Position numbers and translations under genes: made by a program | The notes under the pieces: model-generated | Databases searched by the model: none | Seen by the model: the letters and a program-made list of their open reading frames with translations, nothing else | What the model was told of the DNA's origin: nothing | Shown: piece by piece, positions 18,148-27,715 of the stretch | Layout: every line of letters starts with the position of its first letter | How positions within the stretch are numbered: the stretch's first letter is position 1 | Assembly: GCA_036493875.1 (NCBI GenBank) | Contig: DASXPB010000039.1 | Span: forward strand, 25,313 to 89,312 | Origin: Thermoanaerobaculia bacterium | Lineage (GTDB): Bacteria > Acidobacteriota > Thermoanaerobaculia > UBA5066 > Gp7-AA6 | Reading direction: 5' to 3' | Length of the DNA: 64,000 nt

Positions 18148-20586
18148 TTGAATCCGCTGCTGCAAGACCTTCGGTACGCGATTCGCGCCCTGCGCAAGAG
18201 TCCGGCCTTCACCGCGGTGGCCCTCGCGACTCTCGCGCTCGGCATCGGCGCGAACACGGCCATCTTCTCGGTCGTCAACGCCGTGCTGCTCGAGCCGCTG
18301 CCGTTCCCCGACTCCGGCCGCCTCGTCGCGTTCTACCAGACCCTTCCCGCCAAGGGCGTCACGACCGCCGGCGTCTCGTACCCGAACTATTCGGACTTCG
18401 CGAGCCGTTCGCGTTCGTTCGAGCAGCTCGGCGCGATCCGTATGCACGACTACACGCTGACCGGGCAGGGCGAGCCCGCGCTCGTCGTCGGGGGGACGGT
18501 CACGGGCAACGTCTTCGCGATGCTGCGGACGCGGCCGCTGGTCGGACGCGGGCTCGCCGCCTCCGACGAGGCGGCGGACGCCGCGCCGGTCGCGGTCCTC
18601 TCCGAGAAGCTCTGGCGGGACCGCTTCGGCGGCGATCCCGCGGTCGTGGGCAGGACCGTGCGGCTGGACGAGCGCGTCTTCACGGTCGTCGGCGTCATGC
18701 CGGCGGCGTTCCACAGCCCGCCGGACAAACCGCCCGCCGAGCTCTGGGCGGCGCTCGTGCAGGATCCGGTCTTCGGGGATCTGCGCCAGAAGCGCGGCGG
18801 CCACTATCTCACCGTGGTCGGGCGGCTGCGCTCCGGAGTCGGAATTCCCTCCGCCGAGGCCGAGCTCGCGATCATCGCCCGCGGCCTCGCGGGGCAATAT
18901 CCCAAAGAGAACGCGAACTGGGGCGTGCGTCTGCTGCCGCTCGCCGAGAGCCTGATCGCGGGAGTGCGCACGGCGCTCTGGGTTCTCCTCGGCGCGGTCG
19001 TTCTGGTCTTTCTGATCGCCTGCGTGAACGTCGCGAACCTCATGCTCGTGCGCTCGTCGGCCCGATCGCGTGAGCTCGCGGTCCGCACGGCGTTGGGAGC
19101 CGGGCGCGGGCGTCTCGCGCGCCTGCTCCTCACCGAGGCTCTCGTGCTGGGGATCACGGGCGGCGCGCTCGGCGTCGCGCTGGCCGTGGCCGCCATGAAG
19201 GCGCTGCGCGCGTGGCTGCCCGCCGATCTGCCGCGGGTGAGCGAGGTCGGGATCGACGGACACGTGCTCGCCTTCTCGTTGCTCGCCTCTCTCGCGGCGA
19301 CGCTCGTGTTCGGCGTCGGACCCGCGCTCGCGGCCGGCCGAGCGAACCTCTCCGCCGCGCTGCGCGAGGGATCCGCGGGAGCGAGAGAGAGCGGCAGGCG
19401 CCGCCGGCTGCGGAACCTCCTCATCGCCGGCGAGACGGCCTTCTCGTTCGTGCTGCTGGTCGGTGCGGCGCTCCTGATCCGAAGCTTCGTGAGGCTCCAG
19501 GACGTGCCGCTCGGCTTCCGGCCCGACGGCGTCCTGACGGCCGGCATGTCGCTGCCGCGCTCGCAGTATTCGAAGCCCGAACAGTGGCGCGGCTTCTACA
19601 CGAGCCTGGTGGAGCGGCTCGGTTCCGAGCCCGGCGTCGAGAGCGCGGCGGCCGCGCTGCCTCTGCCGCTCGCCGGCGCCGGCCTGAACTTCGCCTTCTC
19701 GATCGAGGGGAGGGCCGACGAAGGCGAGGGCGCCAACGCCAGGACCGCGAACTACACCGCGGCCACTCCCGATTACTTCCGTGTGATGGGAATCCCGCGG
19801 GTCGCCGGCCGGACCTTCGACGGCAGGGACGTGCCGGGCGCGCCGCAGGTCTGCGTCATCTCCTCCGCCTTCGCGCACCGCGACTTCCCGGGCGAGGACC
19901 CGATCGGCAAACGGCTCGTCTTCGGGTTCCAGACGCCGGTCGCGCGGGAGATCGTGGGGGTCGTCGGAGACGTCAAGCGCGAGGGGCTCGCGCTGCCGTC
20001 GCAGCCCGAGATGTACGTCCCCTTCGAGCAGGAGCCGTGGTGGGCGGCGTACGCCGTCGTCCGCTCGGCCTCCGGCGGCGACCCCGCGAGGTTGTCTTCG
20101 GCCGTCCGCGCCGACGTCCAGGCGCTGGACCCGAGCCTCCCGATCGAGAACGTCGCTCCGATGCGCTCGTTCATCGACGACTCCGTCGCCCAGCCTCGGT
20201 TTCGCACGACGCTCCTCGGCCTCTTCGGCGCGGCCGCGCTCCTGCTGGCTGTGCTGGGAATCTACGGCGTGATCTCGTACAGCGTGGGGCGACGGACTCG
20301 GGAGGTCGGCATCCGGCTGGCGCTCGGCGCCGCGCCGGCCGATGTCCTCCGCATGGTCCTCCTCGAGGGACTCGCGCTCGTCGGTCTCGGGCTCGCGCTC
20401 GGTCTCGCCGGAGCGCTCCTCGCGACGCGCTTCCTCTCGAGCCTGCTCTTCGAGGTCAGCCGTCTGGACGCGGGATCGTGGATCGGCGTGGCCGTCCTGC
20501 TCCTGCTCGCGGGCCTCGCCGCCTCCTGGCTCCCGGCGCGGCGGGCCACGCGCGTCGACCCCGTCACCGCACTGCGCGCGGAGTAG
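18148..20586 (+). CDS. ADOP-type duplicated FtsX/MacB-like ABC transporter permease
   Basis: The N-terminus LQDLRYAIRALRKSPAFTAVALATLALGIGANTAIFSVVNAVLL is characteristic. 812 aa with two MacB-periplasmic plus FtsX modules. Confidence 0.9.
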   Translation: MNPLLQDLRYAIRALRKSPAFTAVALATLALGIGANTAIFSVVNAVLLEPLPFPDSGRLVAFYQTLPAKGVTTAGVSYPNYSDFASRSRSFEQLGAIRMHDYTLTGQGEPALVVGGTVTGNVFAMLRTRPLVGRGLAASDEAADAAPVAVLSEKLWRDRFGGDPAVVGRTVRLDERVFTVVGVMPAAFHSPPDKPPAELWAALVQDPVFGDLRQKRGGHYLTVVGRLRSGVGIPSAEAELAIIARGLAGQYPKENANWGVRLLPLAESLIAGVRTALWVLLGAVVLVFLIACVNVANLMLVRSSARSRELAVRTALGAGRGRLARLLLTEALVLGITGGALGVALAVAAMKALRAWLPADLPRVSEVGIDGHVLAFSLLASLAATLVFGVGPALAAGRANLSAALREGSAGARESGRRRRLRNLLIAGETAFSFVLLVGAALLIRSFVRLQDVPLGFRPDGVLTAGMSLPRSQYSKPEQWRGFYTSLVERLGSEPGVESAAAALPLPLAGAGLNFAFSIEGRADEGEGANARTANYTAATPDYFRVMGIPRVAGRTFDGRDVPGAPQVCVISSAFAHRDFPGEDPIGKRLVFGFQTPVAREIVGVVGDVKREGLALPSQPEMYVPFEQEPWWAAYAVVRSASGGDPARLSSAVRADVQALDPSLPIENVAPMRSFIDDSVAQPRFRTTLLGLFGAAALLLAVLGIYGVISYSVGRRTREVGIRLALGAAPADVLRMVLLEGLALVGLGLALGLAGALLATRFLSSLLFEVSRLDAGSWIGVAVLLLLAGLAASWLPARRATRVDPVTALRAE

Positions 20587-20605
20587 CAGGGGCGCCGAGA
20601 GCCGG

Positions 20606-21352
20606 CTAGGGCGTCTCGGCCGGTTTCGCCGCTCCGCTCCGGACGGCGTCGTCGAGCAGCTTCCACAGCCGCGTCTCGGCCGCGCGCTCGAGCCGATCCT
20701 CCCGCGCGTCGAGGGCGCGCTCCTCCGCGTCGAGCTCGCGGCTCTTCGCCTCGACCTCGTCCTGGCGCGGCCGCAGCGCGTCCTTCCGATTTCGCAGATT
20801 CTCGACTTCGCGATCGATCTCGGCTTGCTCCTCGTCGGTCGGCGGCGCCGTCTCCGCCTCCTCCGAGACCGAGAACTCGTCGTCCCAGTCTCCCCTGCTC
20901 TCGCCGGTCTCCTCCGTCAGGCGATCGATCTCCGAGTCGAGGGCATCCTGCTGGCGGTCGAGCGCCTCCTCCTTCTCGGAGAGCTCCTCCTGGCGGCGGC
21001 TCAGGTCCTTCTGCTCGGGCTCGAGGGCCCGTAGCGGGGCGAAGAGCTCCTGCGCCTCGCGCAGAGTCGCCGGGTCCTCGACCAGGTAGCCGGCGCCGTT
21101 CCGACGGAACCACAGGAAATCGCCGGAGTGCCTGTCGCGCATGCGGTCGAAGGAGTCGAAATTGAGGTTCGTGCTGTACATGTTCTTGCCCAGGACCAGA
21201 ACGTAGGCGTCCCGCCTCGAGCCGTCGCCCCCGGTGAGCCCCGAAAGCGCCGCCGGCGCGACGAGGCCGGCGCAGAGAACGAGGCCAAGCAGGAAAGACG
21301 GCGCGGCGAGGCCGAGGGTTTTATCCCGGGGAGGTTGGGGAAACCGGGGCAT
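20606..21352 (-). CDS. Secreted coiled-coil hypothetical protein
   Basis: An N-terminal hydrophobic segment is followed by a long acidic heptad-like region (EELSEKEEALDRQQDALDSEIDRL...). Confidence 0.6.
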   Translation of the reverse strand: MPRFPQPPRDKTLGLAAPSFLLGLVLCAGLVAPAALSGLTGGDGSRRDAYVLVLGKNMYSTNLNFDSFDRMRDRHSGDFLWFRRNGAGYLVEDPATLREAQELFAPLRALEPEQKDLSRRQEELSEKEEALDRQQDALDSEIDRLTEETGESRGDWDDEFSVSEEAETAPPTDEEQAEIDREVENLRNRKDALRPRQDEVEAKSRELDAEERALDAREDRLERAAETRLWKLLDDAVRSGAAKPAETP

Positions 21353-21424
21353 GACGCACCTCCAGTGTCAGAGGATACGTGCGCCGGGGGCCAGGGTTAC
21401 GGGTCGGGGTGAATTCGTCCGGGC

Positions 21425-23545
21425 CTACGTCTTCCAGAGGGCCAGCTGCTCCGCGAGATGCTGGTCGACGCCCTCCAGGGTCAGCGGGCGGCTGACCCAG
21501 TAGCCCTGCATCTCGTCGCAGCCGGCCTCCTGGAGACGCATGAACTGTTCCTTCGTCTCGACCCCCTCCGCCGTGACGTGGAGCCGCGAGCCGTGCGCCA
21601 TCTCGATGATGGCGCGCACGATGCCGGCGTCGGCCGGGTTCACCGGGAGGTCCGTCACGAAGGAGCGGTCGATCTTCAATGAGGTGATTGGGTAGCGCTT
21701 CAGGTAGCTCATGGACGAATAGCCGGTTCCGAAGTCGTCGATGGCGATGCCGATGCCCATGCTGCGCAGCATGTTCAGGTTCGCCACGACGACCTCCGCG
21801 CCCTCCATCGCGATCGACTCGGTGATCTCGATCTCGAGATGCTGCGGCTCGAGGCCGGAGTCCGTCAGCACGCGCGAGACCGTGTGGGTCAGGTGGCGCT
21901 CCTGGAACTGGCGCGCCGAGAAGTTCACCGCGATCCGCAACGCCCCGAGGTCCTTCCCCTTCTCGTGCCACTGCTTCAGCTGCCGGCACGAGGTCTCGAG
22001 CACCCATTCGCCCAGCCCGAGGATCAGGCCCGTCTCCTCGGCCACCGGGATGAACGTTCCCGGCATCACGAGGCCCTTCTGCGGATGCTGCCAGCGGACC
22101 AGCGCCTCGAACCCTACCGTGCGACCGCTGATGAGCGACACGAGGGGCTGGTAGTGCACCACGAACTCGTTCTGCTTCAGCGCGAGCTGGAGCCCGCTCT
22201 GGAGCGAGAGCCTCTCGATCGCGAGGTTGGTCAGCTCCGGCGTGCAGAGCTGAAAGGTGTTTCGGCCCACGGCCTTGGCGCGGTCCGTCGCCGCGTCCGC
22301 GTTGCGCAGCAGCGCCTCCGCGTCCTCGCCGTCGGCGGGGAACATCGCAATGCCGACGCTGGCGGTGACCTGGAGAGTCCGGCCGTCGAGCTGGAACGGA
22401 TTGCGGACGATCGAGAGCAGCTTCTGCGCGATCCCGGTGGCGTCGTCGGCGTCGCGGACCTCCGGCATCAGGATGACGAACTCGTCGCCCGCCACGCGCG
22501 CGATCGTGTCGAACTGCCGGAGGCGGCGCTTCAGGCGCAGCGCCAGCGACTGCAGGAGGCGGTCGCCGATCGCGTGGCCCCAGCTGTCGTTGACGAACTT
22601 GAAGGAGTCGAGGTCGATGTAGACCACGGCCAGCTTGCGCTTGTACCGCCGGGCCTGGGCGAGCTCGAGCTCGAGCCGTTCGCTGAAACGAACGAGGTTC
22701 GGCAGCTTCGTCAACGGATCCGAGAAGGCCCGCTCCTCGAGGCGCGGATCGTCGCGCTGGCGATTGGTGACGTCGACGAGCGTGCCGATCGCCGCGGGCC
22801 GGCCCTCGAACTCCGTGCCCGTGCCGTAGACCTCGACGTCGATCCGCTCGCCGTCCTTCCGGATCACGCCGAACTTGTGGCGCGAGGGCTGACGCTCCCC
22901 GTCGCCCCAGCGCGTCAGGGCGGAGAGGACCGAGGGCCGGTCCTCCTCGACGACTCCGTCGAGCACGGAGGTGAGCGCGGGCAGCTCCTCCTGCGTGTAC
23001 CCCAGGATCGTGGCGAGCTTCGGATTGACGTAGCGGTAGCGCGCGTCCTGGATCAGGAAGACGCCGGCGACGGACTGCTCCACGAGGGCTCGAAGCTCGT
23101 GCGCGGCGGCGGGCAGCGCGCCCTCGGCCTCGCGGCGGCCGGTGACGTCGCGGAGGAGGCCGACGACGCCCTTGATCTTTCCCGCCGCATCCCGGTGCGG
23201 GGAGTAGGTCGCGGCGATCCAGAGCGACGGACCGGCCGAGGACGACGGCCAGGAGATGTCGTGGGACCGGACGGTCTCGCCCGTGAGGGCGCGCTCGAGC
23301 AGAGGCATGACCTCCTGATCGCGCAGATGGGGGAACACTTCCGCGGCGGCCCGCCCGAGCACCTCGAGAGCGGAGAGCCCGGTCCAGCGCTCGAGCACCG
23401 GGTTCCAGGCGACGTGACGCAGGTCCTCGTCGTAGGCGACCAGACCCTCGCCGCAGCTCGCGACGAGCTCCGCCGAGAGCTCCGAAGCGAGCGGCACCTC
23501 GTCGGGGATGAGCGGCGAGGAATCGTCGCGTGGCGACTGGCTCAT
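21425..23545 (-). CDS. PAS-PAS-GGDEF-EAL signalling protein (c-di-GMP turnover)
   Basis: Two PAS-like segments, a GGDEF domain with the variant RVAGDEF, and an EAL domain (EALVRWQHP, DDFGTGYSS). Confidence 0.9.
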   Translation of the reverse strand: MSQSPRDDSSPLIPDEVPLASELSAELVASCGEGLVAYDEDLRHVAWNPVLERWTGLSALEVLGRAAAEVFPHLRDQEVMPLLERALTGETVRSHDISWPSSSAGPSLWIAATYSPHRDAAGKIKGVVGLLRDVTGRREAEGALPAAAHELRALVEQSVAGVFLIQDARYRYVNPKLATILGYTQEELPALTSVLDGVVEEDRPSVLSALTRWGDGERQPSRHKFGVIRKDGERIDVEVYGTGTEFEGRPAAIGTLVDVTNRQRDDPRLEERAFSDPLTKLPNLVRFSERLELELAQARRYKRKLAVVYIDLDSFKFVNDSWGHAIGDRLLQSLALRLKRRLRQFDTIARVAGDEFVILMPEVRDADDATGIAQKLLSIVRNPFQLDGRTLQVTASVGIAMFPADGEDAEALLRNADAATDRAKAVGRNTFQLCTPELTNLAIERLSLQSGLQLALKQNEFVVHYQPLVSLISGRTVGFEALVRWQHPQKGLVMPGTFIPVAEETGLILGLGEWVLETSCRQLKQWHEKGKDLGALRIAVNFSARQFQERHLTHTVSRVLTDSGLEPQHLEIEITESIAMEGAEVVVANLNMLRSMGIGIAIDDFGTGYSSMSYLKRYPITSLKIDRSFVTDLPVNPADAGIVRAIIEMAHGSRLHVTAEGVETKEQFMRLQEAGCDEMQGYWVSRPLTLEGVDQHLAEQLALWKT

Positions 23546-23644
23546 CGGGACTCCGGCCGTCCCGAAAGCCCGCCGAGAGTCGTCCTCTTCATGTTCTCGA
23601 GCGGAAGGTCCGACCTATTGTAGCAGGGACGGGGACTCGCCCGG

Positions 23645-24478
23645 CTAGTCACTGCGTGTGTAGTCGTACTCGATCTTCTCGCGGGCGTTGAACTTCACGA
23701 CGTCGAAGAAAGGCGAGAGATCGAAGTCCTGCGGGACACAGAGGCTCGGATGGCGGGTGCGCAGGACGCCGCTGTAGACGCGTCGCGTGGGCCGGCCGAG
23801 GAGCGTCTGGCGCAGGCGGCTTCGCGTCTCGCGGTTGCGCCGGACGTTCTCCGGCAGGATCGGAAAGCGGACCCTCCCGAAGGCCTCCGCCAGCAGCGAG
23901 GAGCAGATCGTCTCGGTCTCCTTGCCGCTCCCGAAGTGCAGCGCCTCCTCGCGGAGCCGGGCCGGGATCAGCGTGATCGGCAAAAGGTAGCGGAAGAGGT
24001 CGAAGATGTTGCGCCGGTCGTAGGTGAAGCCGACGCGGGAGAGGACGTAGTCGAGGACCACGGCGATCTGCTCCTTGTGCAGCCCGTACGGCCGGCAGAC
24101 GCGGAGGTTGTAGTCGATGTACTTCACGAGCGGCGAGACGACGACGCCCTCGTCGAGCAGCGCCTCGACGATCAGATAGCGCGCCTCCTTTCCGAAGCGC
24201 CGCTGGATGTCCTGCCTCAGAACGGGATTGCGGACGAGGGCGCTCCCGACGTAGATGGCGGAGTGCGACCAGTTGGACATCGTGAGGTACTTGATGACCT
24301 GCGACACGCGCTGGTCTCCGTCGACGAGGACGACGTCTCCGGGCCGGATGCGGCTCTTCAGCCGCTCCGGATCGTTGAACGCGAAGCGGCGGTACTCCTT
24401 GCGCGGCCGGGTAATCTGGCGGACGAACCACTTCGCCAGGGCCTGGTGCGGGGAACGCACGGGCCCATTGTGCGCCAT
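23645..24478 (-). CDS. YiiX-like permuted papain-fold (NlpC/P60 superfamily) protein
   Basis: Start at ATG 24478 (MAHNG...). GDVVLVDG...SNWSHSAIYVG precedes a later ICSSLLAEAF, so His comes before Cys (permuted order). Confidence 0.65.
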   Translation of the reverse strand: MAHNGPVRSPHQALAKWFVRQITRPRKEYRRFAFNDPERLKSRIRPGDVVLVDGDQRVSQVIKYLTMSNWSHSAIYVGSALVRNPVLRQDIQRRFGKEARYLIVEALLDEGVVVSPLVKYIDYNLRVCRPYGLHKEQIAVVLDYVLSRVGFTYDRRNIFDLFRYLLPITLIPARLREEALHFGSGKETETICSSLLAEAFGRVRFPILPENVRRNRETRSRLRQTLLGRPTRRVYSGVLRTRHPSLCVPQDFDLSPFFDVVKFNAREKIEYDYTRSD

Positions 24479-24531
24479 CGCCGTTCTCCGACGGCGCGCT
24501 TTCCCCCGGGGCCCTGCTAGCATCGCCGATC

Positions 24532-25935
24532 GTGAGCACCTCCCCCTCCGAGGCGCCGAGGCCGACGGGTCCGCCGTCGACGTCCCCGGGCGGCCGCCGC
24601 CATCGCCGCCCACCCGGTCCGCGCGGAGAGCTCTTCTTCGGCAACCTCCGCCCGTTCGCCGCGGACATCCTGGGATACCTCACGTTCTGCGTGCGCGAGT
24701 TCGGCGACACCGTCTCTCTGCGGCTGCCGGGACACGACGTGCTGGTCCTCAACCGGCCCGAGGACATCGAGGCCGTGCTGCTGACGCAGCGGACCAATTT
24801 CATCAAGCACAGCTTCTTCTGGCGCCACGTGACGGCGATCTTCGGCAACGGCCTGCTGACGAGCGAGGGCGAGTTCTGGCTGAAGCAGCGGCGACTCGCC
24901 GCGCCGGCGTTCCACCCCGATCGCATCGCGGCGTACGGCGACGTTATGACGGCCTACGCCGACCGCCAGGCCGCCAGCTGGACGGACGGAGAGTCGCGCG
25001 ACGTGCACAAGGACATGATGCGGGTGACGATGGAGATCGTCTCGAAGACGCTCTTCGACGTCGAGGTCGAGGAGGACGTGGACGCGATCGGACGCTCCTT
25101 CGACCTGGTCATCCGCGAGATCGCCAAGCGCTTCCGCCGCCCGATCAAGATCGCCGACTGGATCCCGGTGCCCGGCAACCTGAGGTACCGGCGAGGGGTC
25201 GGACTCCTCGATCGCCTCGTGAAGCGCGTGCTGGCCGAGCGCCGCGCACGCCCGGGCGACCGGGGAGACCTGCTCTCGATGCTGATGGCCGCGCGCGACG
25301 ACGACGGGAAGCCGATGTCGGACCGCCAGCTACGCGACGAGCTGATCACGCTCTTCCTGGCGGGCCACGAGACCACGGCGATCGCGCTCTCCTGGACGCT
25401 CTTCCTGCTGGCCCGCAATCCGTCCGCCGAGGAGCGGCTTTCCCGCGAGATCGGCGAGACGCTCGGAGGCGGCCTGCCGAGGGCGGCGGATCTCCCGCGG
25501 CTCCGCTACGCCGAAGCGGTCGTGCGGGAGTCGCTCCGCCTCTTTCCTCCGGCCTATGTCATCGGCCGCGAGGCCGTCGCGGATTGCGTGATCGGCGGCT
25601 ACGACGTTTCCGCGGGCACGACGATCTACTTCGCCCCCTGGGTGCTCCACCGGGATCCGCGCCATTTCCCGGACCCCGAGACCTTTCGGCCCGAGCGCTG
25701 GCTCGACGGCTCGACGGCGGGGCTCCCCAAGTACGCCTACATTCCCTTCGGCGGAGGTCCGAGGGTCTGCATCGGCGAGCGCTTCGCGATGATGGAGGGT
25801 GTCCTGGTGCTCGTGGCGGTGCTGAGGCGCTTCCGTCTCGAGATGAACGGACCGGACCCGACGCCGTTTCCGTCCATCACGCTGCGGCCCGAGGGTGGTC
25901 CGATGATGCGCGTGAGAAAGAGGTCGGAGGCCTGA
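24532..25935 (+). CDS. Cytochrome P450
   Basis: Haem-thiolate loop FGGGPRVCIGERFA, an ExxR motif (ESLR) and I-helix AGHETT. GTG start. Confidence 0.9.
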   Translation: MSTSPSEAPRPTGPPSTSPGGRRHRRPPGPRGELFFGNLRPFAADILGYLTFCVREFGDTVSLRLPGHDVLVLNRPEDIEAVLLTQRTNFIKHSFFWRHVTAIFGNGLLTSEGEFWLKQRRLAAPAFHPDRIAAYGDVMTAYADRQAASWTDGESRDVHKDMMRVTMEIVSKTLFDVEVEEDVDAIGRSFDLVIREIAKRFRRPIKIADWIPVPGNLRYRRGVGLLDRLVKRVLAERRARPGDRGDLLSMLMAARDDDGKPMSDRQLRDELITLFLAGHETTAIALSWTLFLLARNPSAEERLSREIGETLGGGLPRAADLPRLRYAEAVVRESLRLFPPAYVIGREAVADCVIGGYDVSAGTTIYFAPWVLHRDPRHFPDPETFRPERWLDGSTAGLPKYAYIPFGGGPRVCIGERFAMMEGVLVLVAVLRRFRLEMNGPDPTPFPSITLRPEGGPMMRVRKRSEA

Positions 25936-25951
25936 GACCCGAGACCTGGCG

Positions 25952-26152
25952 TCAGTCGGCGCCGATGTCCTGCGGTGCCTTTCCCCGGTTGGCCGGGTCG
26001 CGTCTCGCGTGGCGCCGCGGATCGAAGGGTTCGACGACGTAGCAGATCGGACACTTCAACCGCCCATCCTCCGGGATCGGCGAGAAGCGAAACGTGTGGC
26101 AGTCCTTGCAGATCCAGCGCGCGAAACGGCGTTCCTCATGGGTCTCATCCAT
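25952..26152 (-). CDS. Small zinc-ribbon / mini-rubredoxin-like protein (66 aa)
   Basis: WICKDC...(17 aa)...CPIC gives two Cys knuckles. The gene is convergent with P450, with its stop 16 nt away. No clear RBS. Confidence 0.45.
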   Translation of the reverse strand: MDETHEERRFARWICKDCHTFRFSPIPEDGRLKCPICYVVEPFDPRRHARRDPANRGKAPQDIGAD

Positions 26153-26230
26153 CGGCGTAATCCGAAACGAATCCTACCGCTCAACGTCTCAGAGGGTTGA
26201 GTCCAAAGCAGCGGGAGAAGGAGGTCTTCG

Positions 26231-27622
26231 ATGCGGGGTCTAAGCGCTCTCGGGATCGGGGCTTGGGGCATCGTGCTGGCGGCGGCCCTCGTGGGGCAGA
26301 CCCCGTCCGGCTCGAGGGACTGGAACGGCGAATGGGAGCTGACGACGCTGTTCTTCGGAGAGCCACGCGCCGAGCGCCTCGTGTTGAAAGTCGAGAAGGG
26401 AAAGGTCGCCGGCACCCTCCGCCACGCCGGCAAGAGTCTGCCGATCACGGGCACGGCGGGGGTAGGCGGCGACTCGATCCGGTTCGAATACCAGGGGGAA
26501 GACGGAAGCAGGAACGTCTACGAGGGCAAGCAGGACGCGGCCGGCGACCTCGCCGGCCGCTTCACGAGCATGGGCGGCGAGAGCTGGGGCGACAACCCGC
26601 CGCGAAACTGGAAGGCGCGACGGGCGCCGGTGGACAAGCCGGCCGCGCCGCGGACGCTGGATTTCGAGCCGATCGGATTCTCGCGCGTCTTCTCCGCGAC
26701 CGTGCCTCCGGTGCTGCGGATCTGGCCCGGCGACACGGTGCGGACGCGGACCGTCGACGCGGCCGGCGTGGACCAAAAGAACACGACGCGCGCCCTGGGC
26801 GGCAATCCTCAGACCGGACCGTTCTACGTCGAGGGGGCGATGCCCGGAGACGTGCTGGCGGTCCACGTCCGGAAACTCGGTCTCAACAGAGCCACCGCGA
26901 TCTCGGATAACGGCCTGGTCGACCGCGCGGTGACCAACGACTACGCCGCCGAGCACAAGGACGACGAACAATGGAAGGACGTCGTCTGGTCGCTCGACGC
27001 GCAGCGCGGCGTCGCGACGCTCGCGAAGCCTCCGGCGCGGCTGAAAGACCTGTCCGTGCCGCTTCATCCGATGCTCGGCTGCGTGGGCGTGGCGCCGGGG
27101 TTCGGCGCGGCGGCCATTCGAACGGGAGACTCCGGCCGCTTCGGCGGCAACATGGACTTCTCCGGCATCCAGGAGGGCGCGACCGTGTACCTGCCCGTCG
27201 CGCAGCCCGGCGCCCTGCTCTACGTAGGCGATGGCCACGCGCTGCAGGGCGACGGTGAGTTGAACGGCAACGCGCTCGAGACTTCGCTCGACGTCGAGAT
27301 CACCGTGGACCTGATTCGGGAGAAGTCCATTTCAGCGCCGCGCATCGAGGACTCCGAATCCCTCATGGCGATCGGGCTCGAGGGCTCCCTGGACGAGGCG
27401 TTCCGTGAAGCGACCTCGGCCCTCGCGCAGTGGCTCCAGCAGGACTACCAGCTCACGGGACCGGAGACCGCGATCCTGCTGGGCGCGACGATCGAATATC
27501 GGATCGCTGAGGTCGCGGACCGCAACGTCGGCGTCGTGGCGAGAATCCGCAAGAACCGGATTCCGCCGGCGCCGCCGGCGTCTCCCGCGACGCCGACCCC
27601 GGCGCCTGGAAAGAAGCGCTGA
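26231..27622 (+). CDS. Acetamidase/formamidase family protein, secreted, with an extra N-terminal domain
   Basis: GGAGAAGGAGG RBS and a signal peptide. Core motifs are GPFYVEGAMPGDVLAV and GGNMDFSGIQEGATVYLPV...GDGHALQGDGE. Confidence 0.85.
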   Translation: MRGLSALGIGAWGIVLAAALVGQTPSGSRDWNGEWELTTLFFGEPRAERLVLKVEKGKVAGTLRHAGKSLPITGTAGVGGDSIRFEYQGEDGSRNVYEGKQDAAGDLAGRFTSMGGESWGDNPPRNWKARRAPVDKPAAPRTLDFEPIGFSRVFSATVPPVLRIWPGDTVRTRTVDAAGVDQKNTTRALGGNPQTGPFYVEGAMPGDVLAVHVRKLGLNRATAISDNGLVDRAVTNDYAAEHKDDEQWKDVVWSLDAQRGVATLAKPPARLKDLSVPLHPMLGCVGVAPGFGAAAIRTGDSGRFGGNMDFSGIQEGATVYLPVAQPGALLYVGDGHALQGDGELNGNALETSLDVEITVDLIREKSISAPRIEDSESLMAIGLEGSLDEAFREATSALAQWLQQDYQLTGPETAILLGATIEYRIAEVADRNVGVVARIRKNRIPPAPPASPATPTPAPGKKR

Positions 27623-27715
27623 CGACGGCTCCAGGACGACTCTCCTCAGTGAAGGATTGAGGTTCCGCGTCGTGCGGCCGTGCGATCCTAGGGTCTGGGC
27701 GGAGCGCCTGAAATC

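Noticed and set aside
18055-19878. 607-aa minus-strand ORF antisense to the ADOP permease
   Set aside because: Low complexity, and the ADOP N-terminal signature and TM segments lie on the plus strand.
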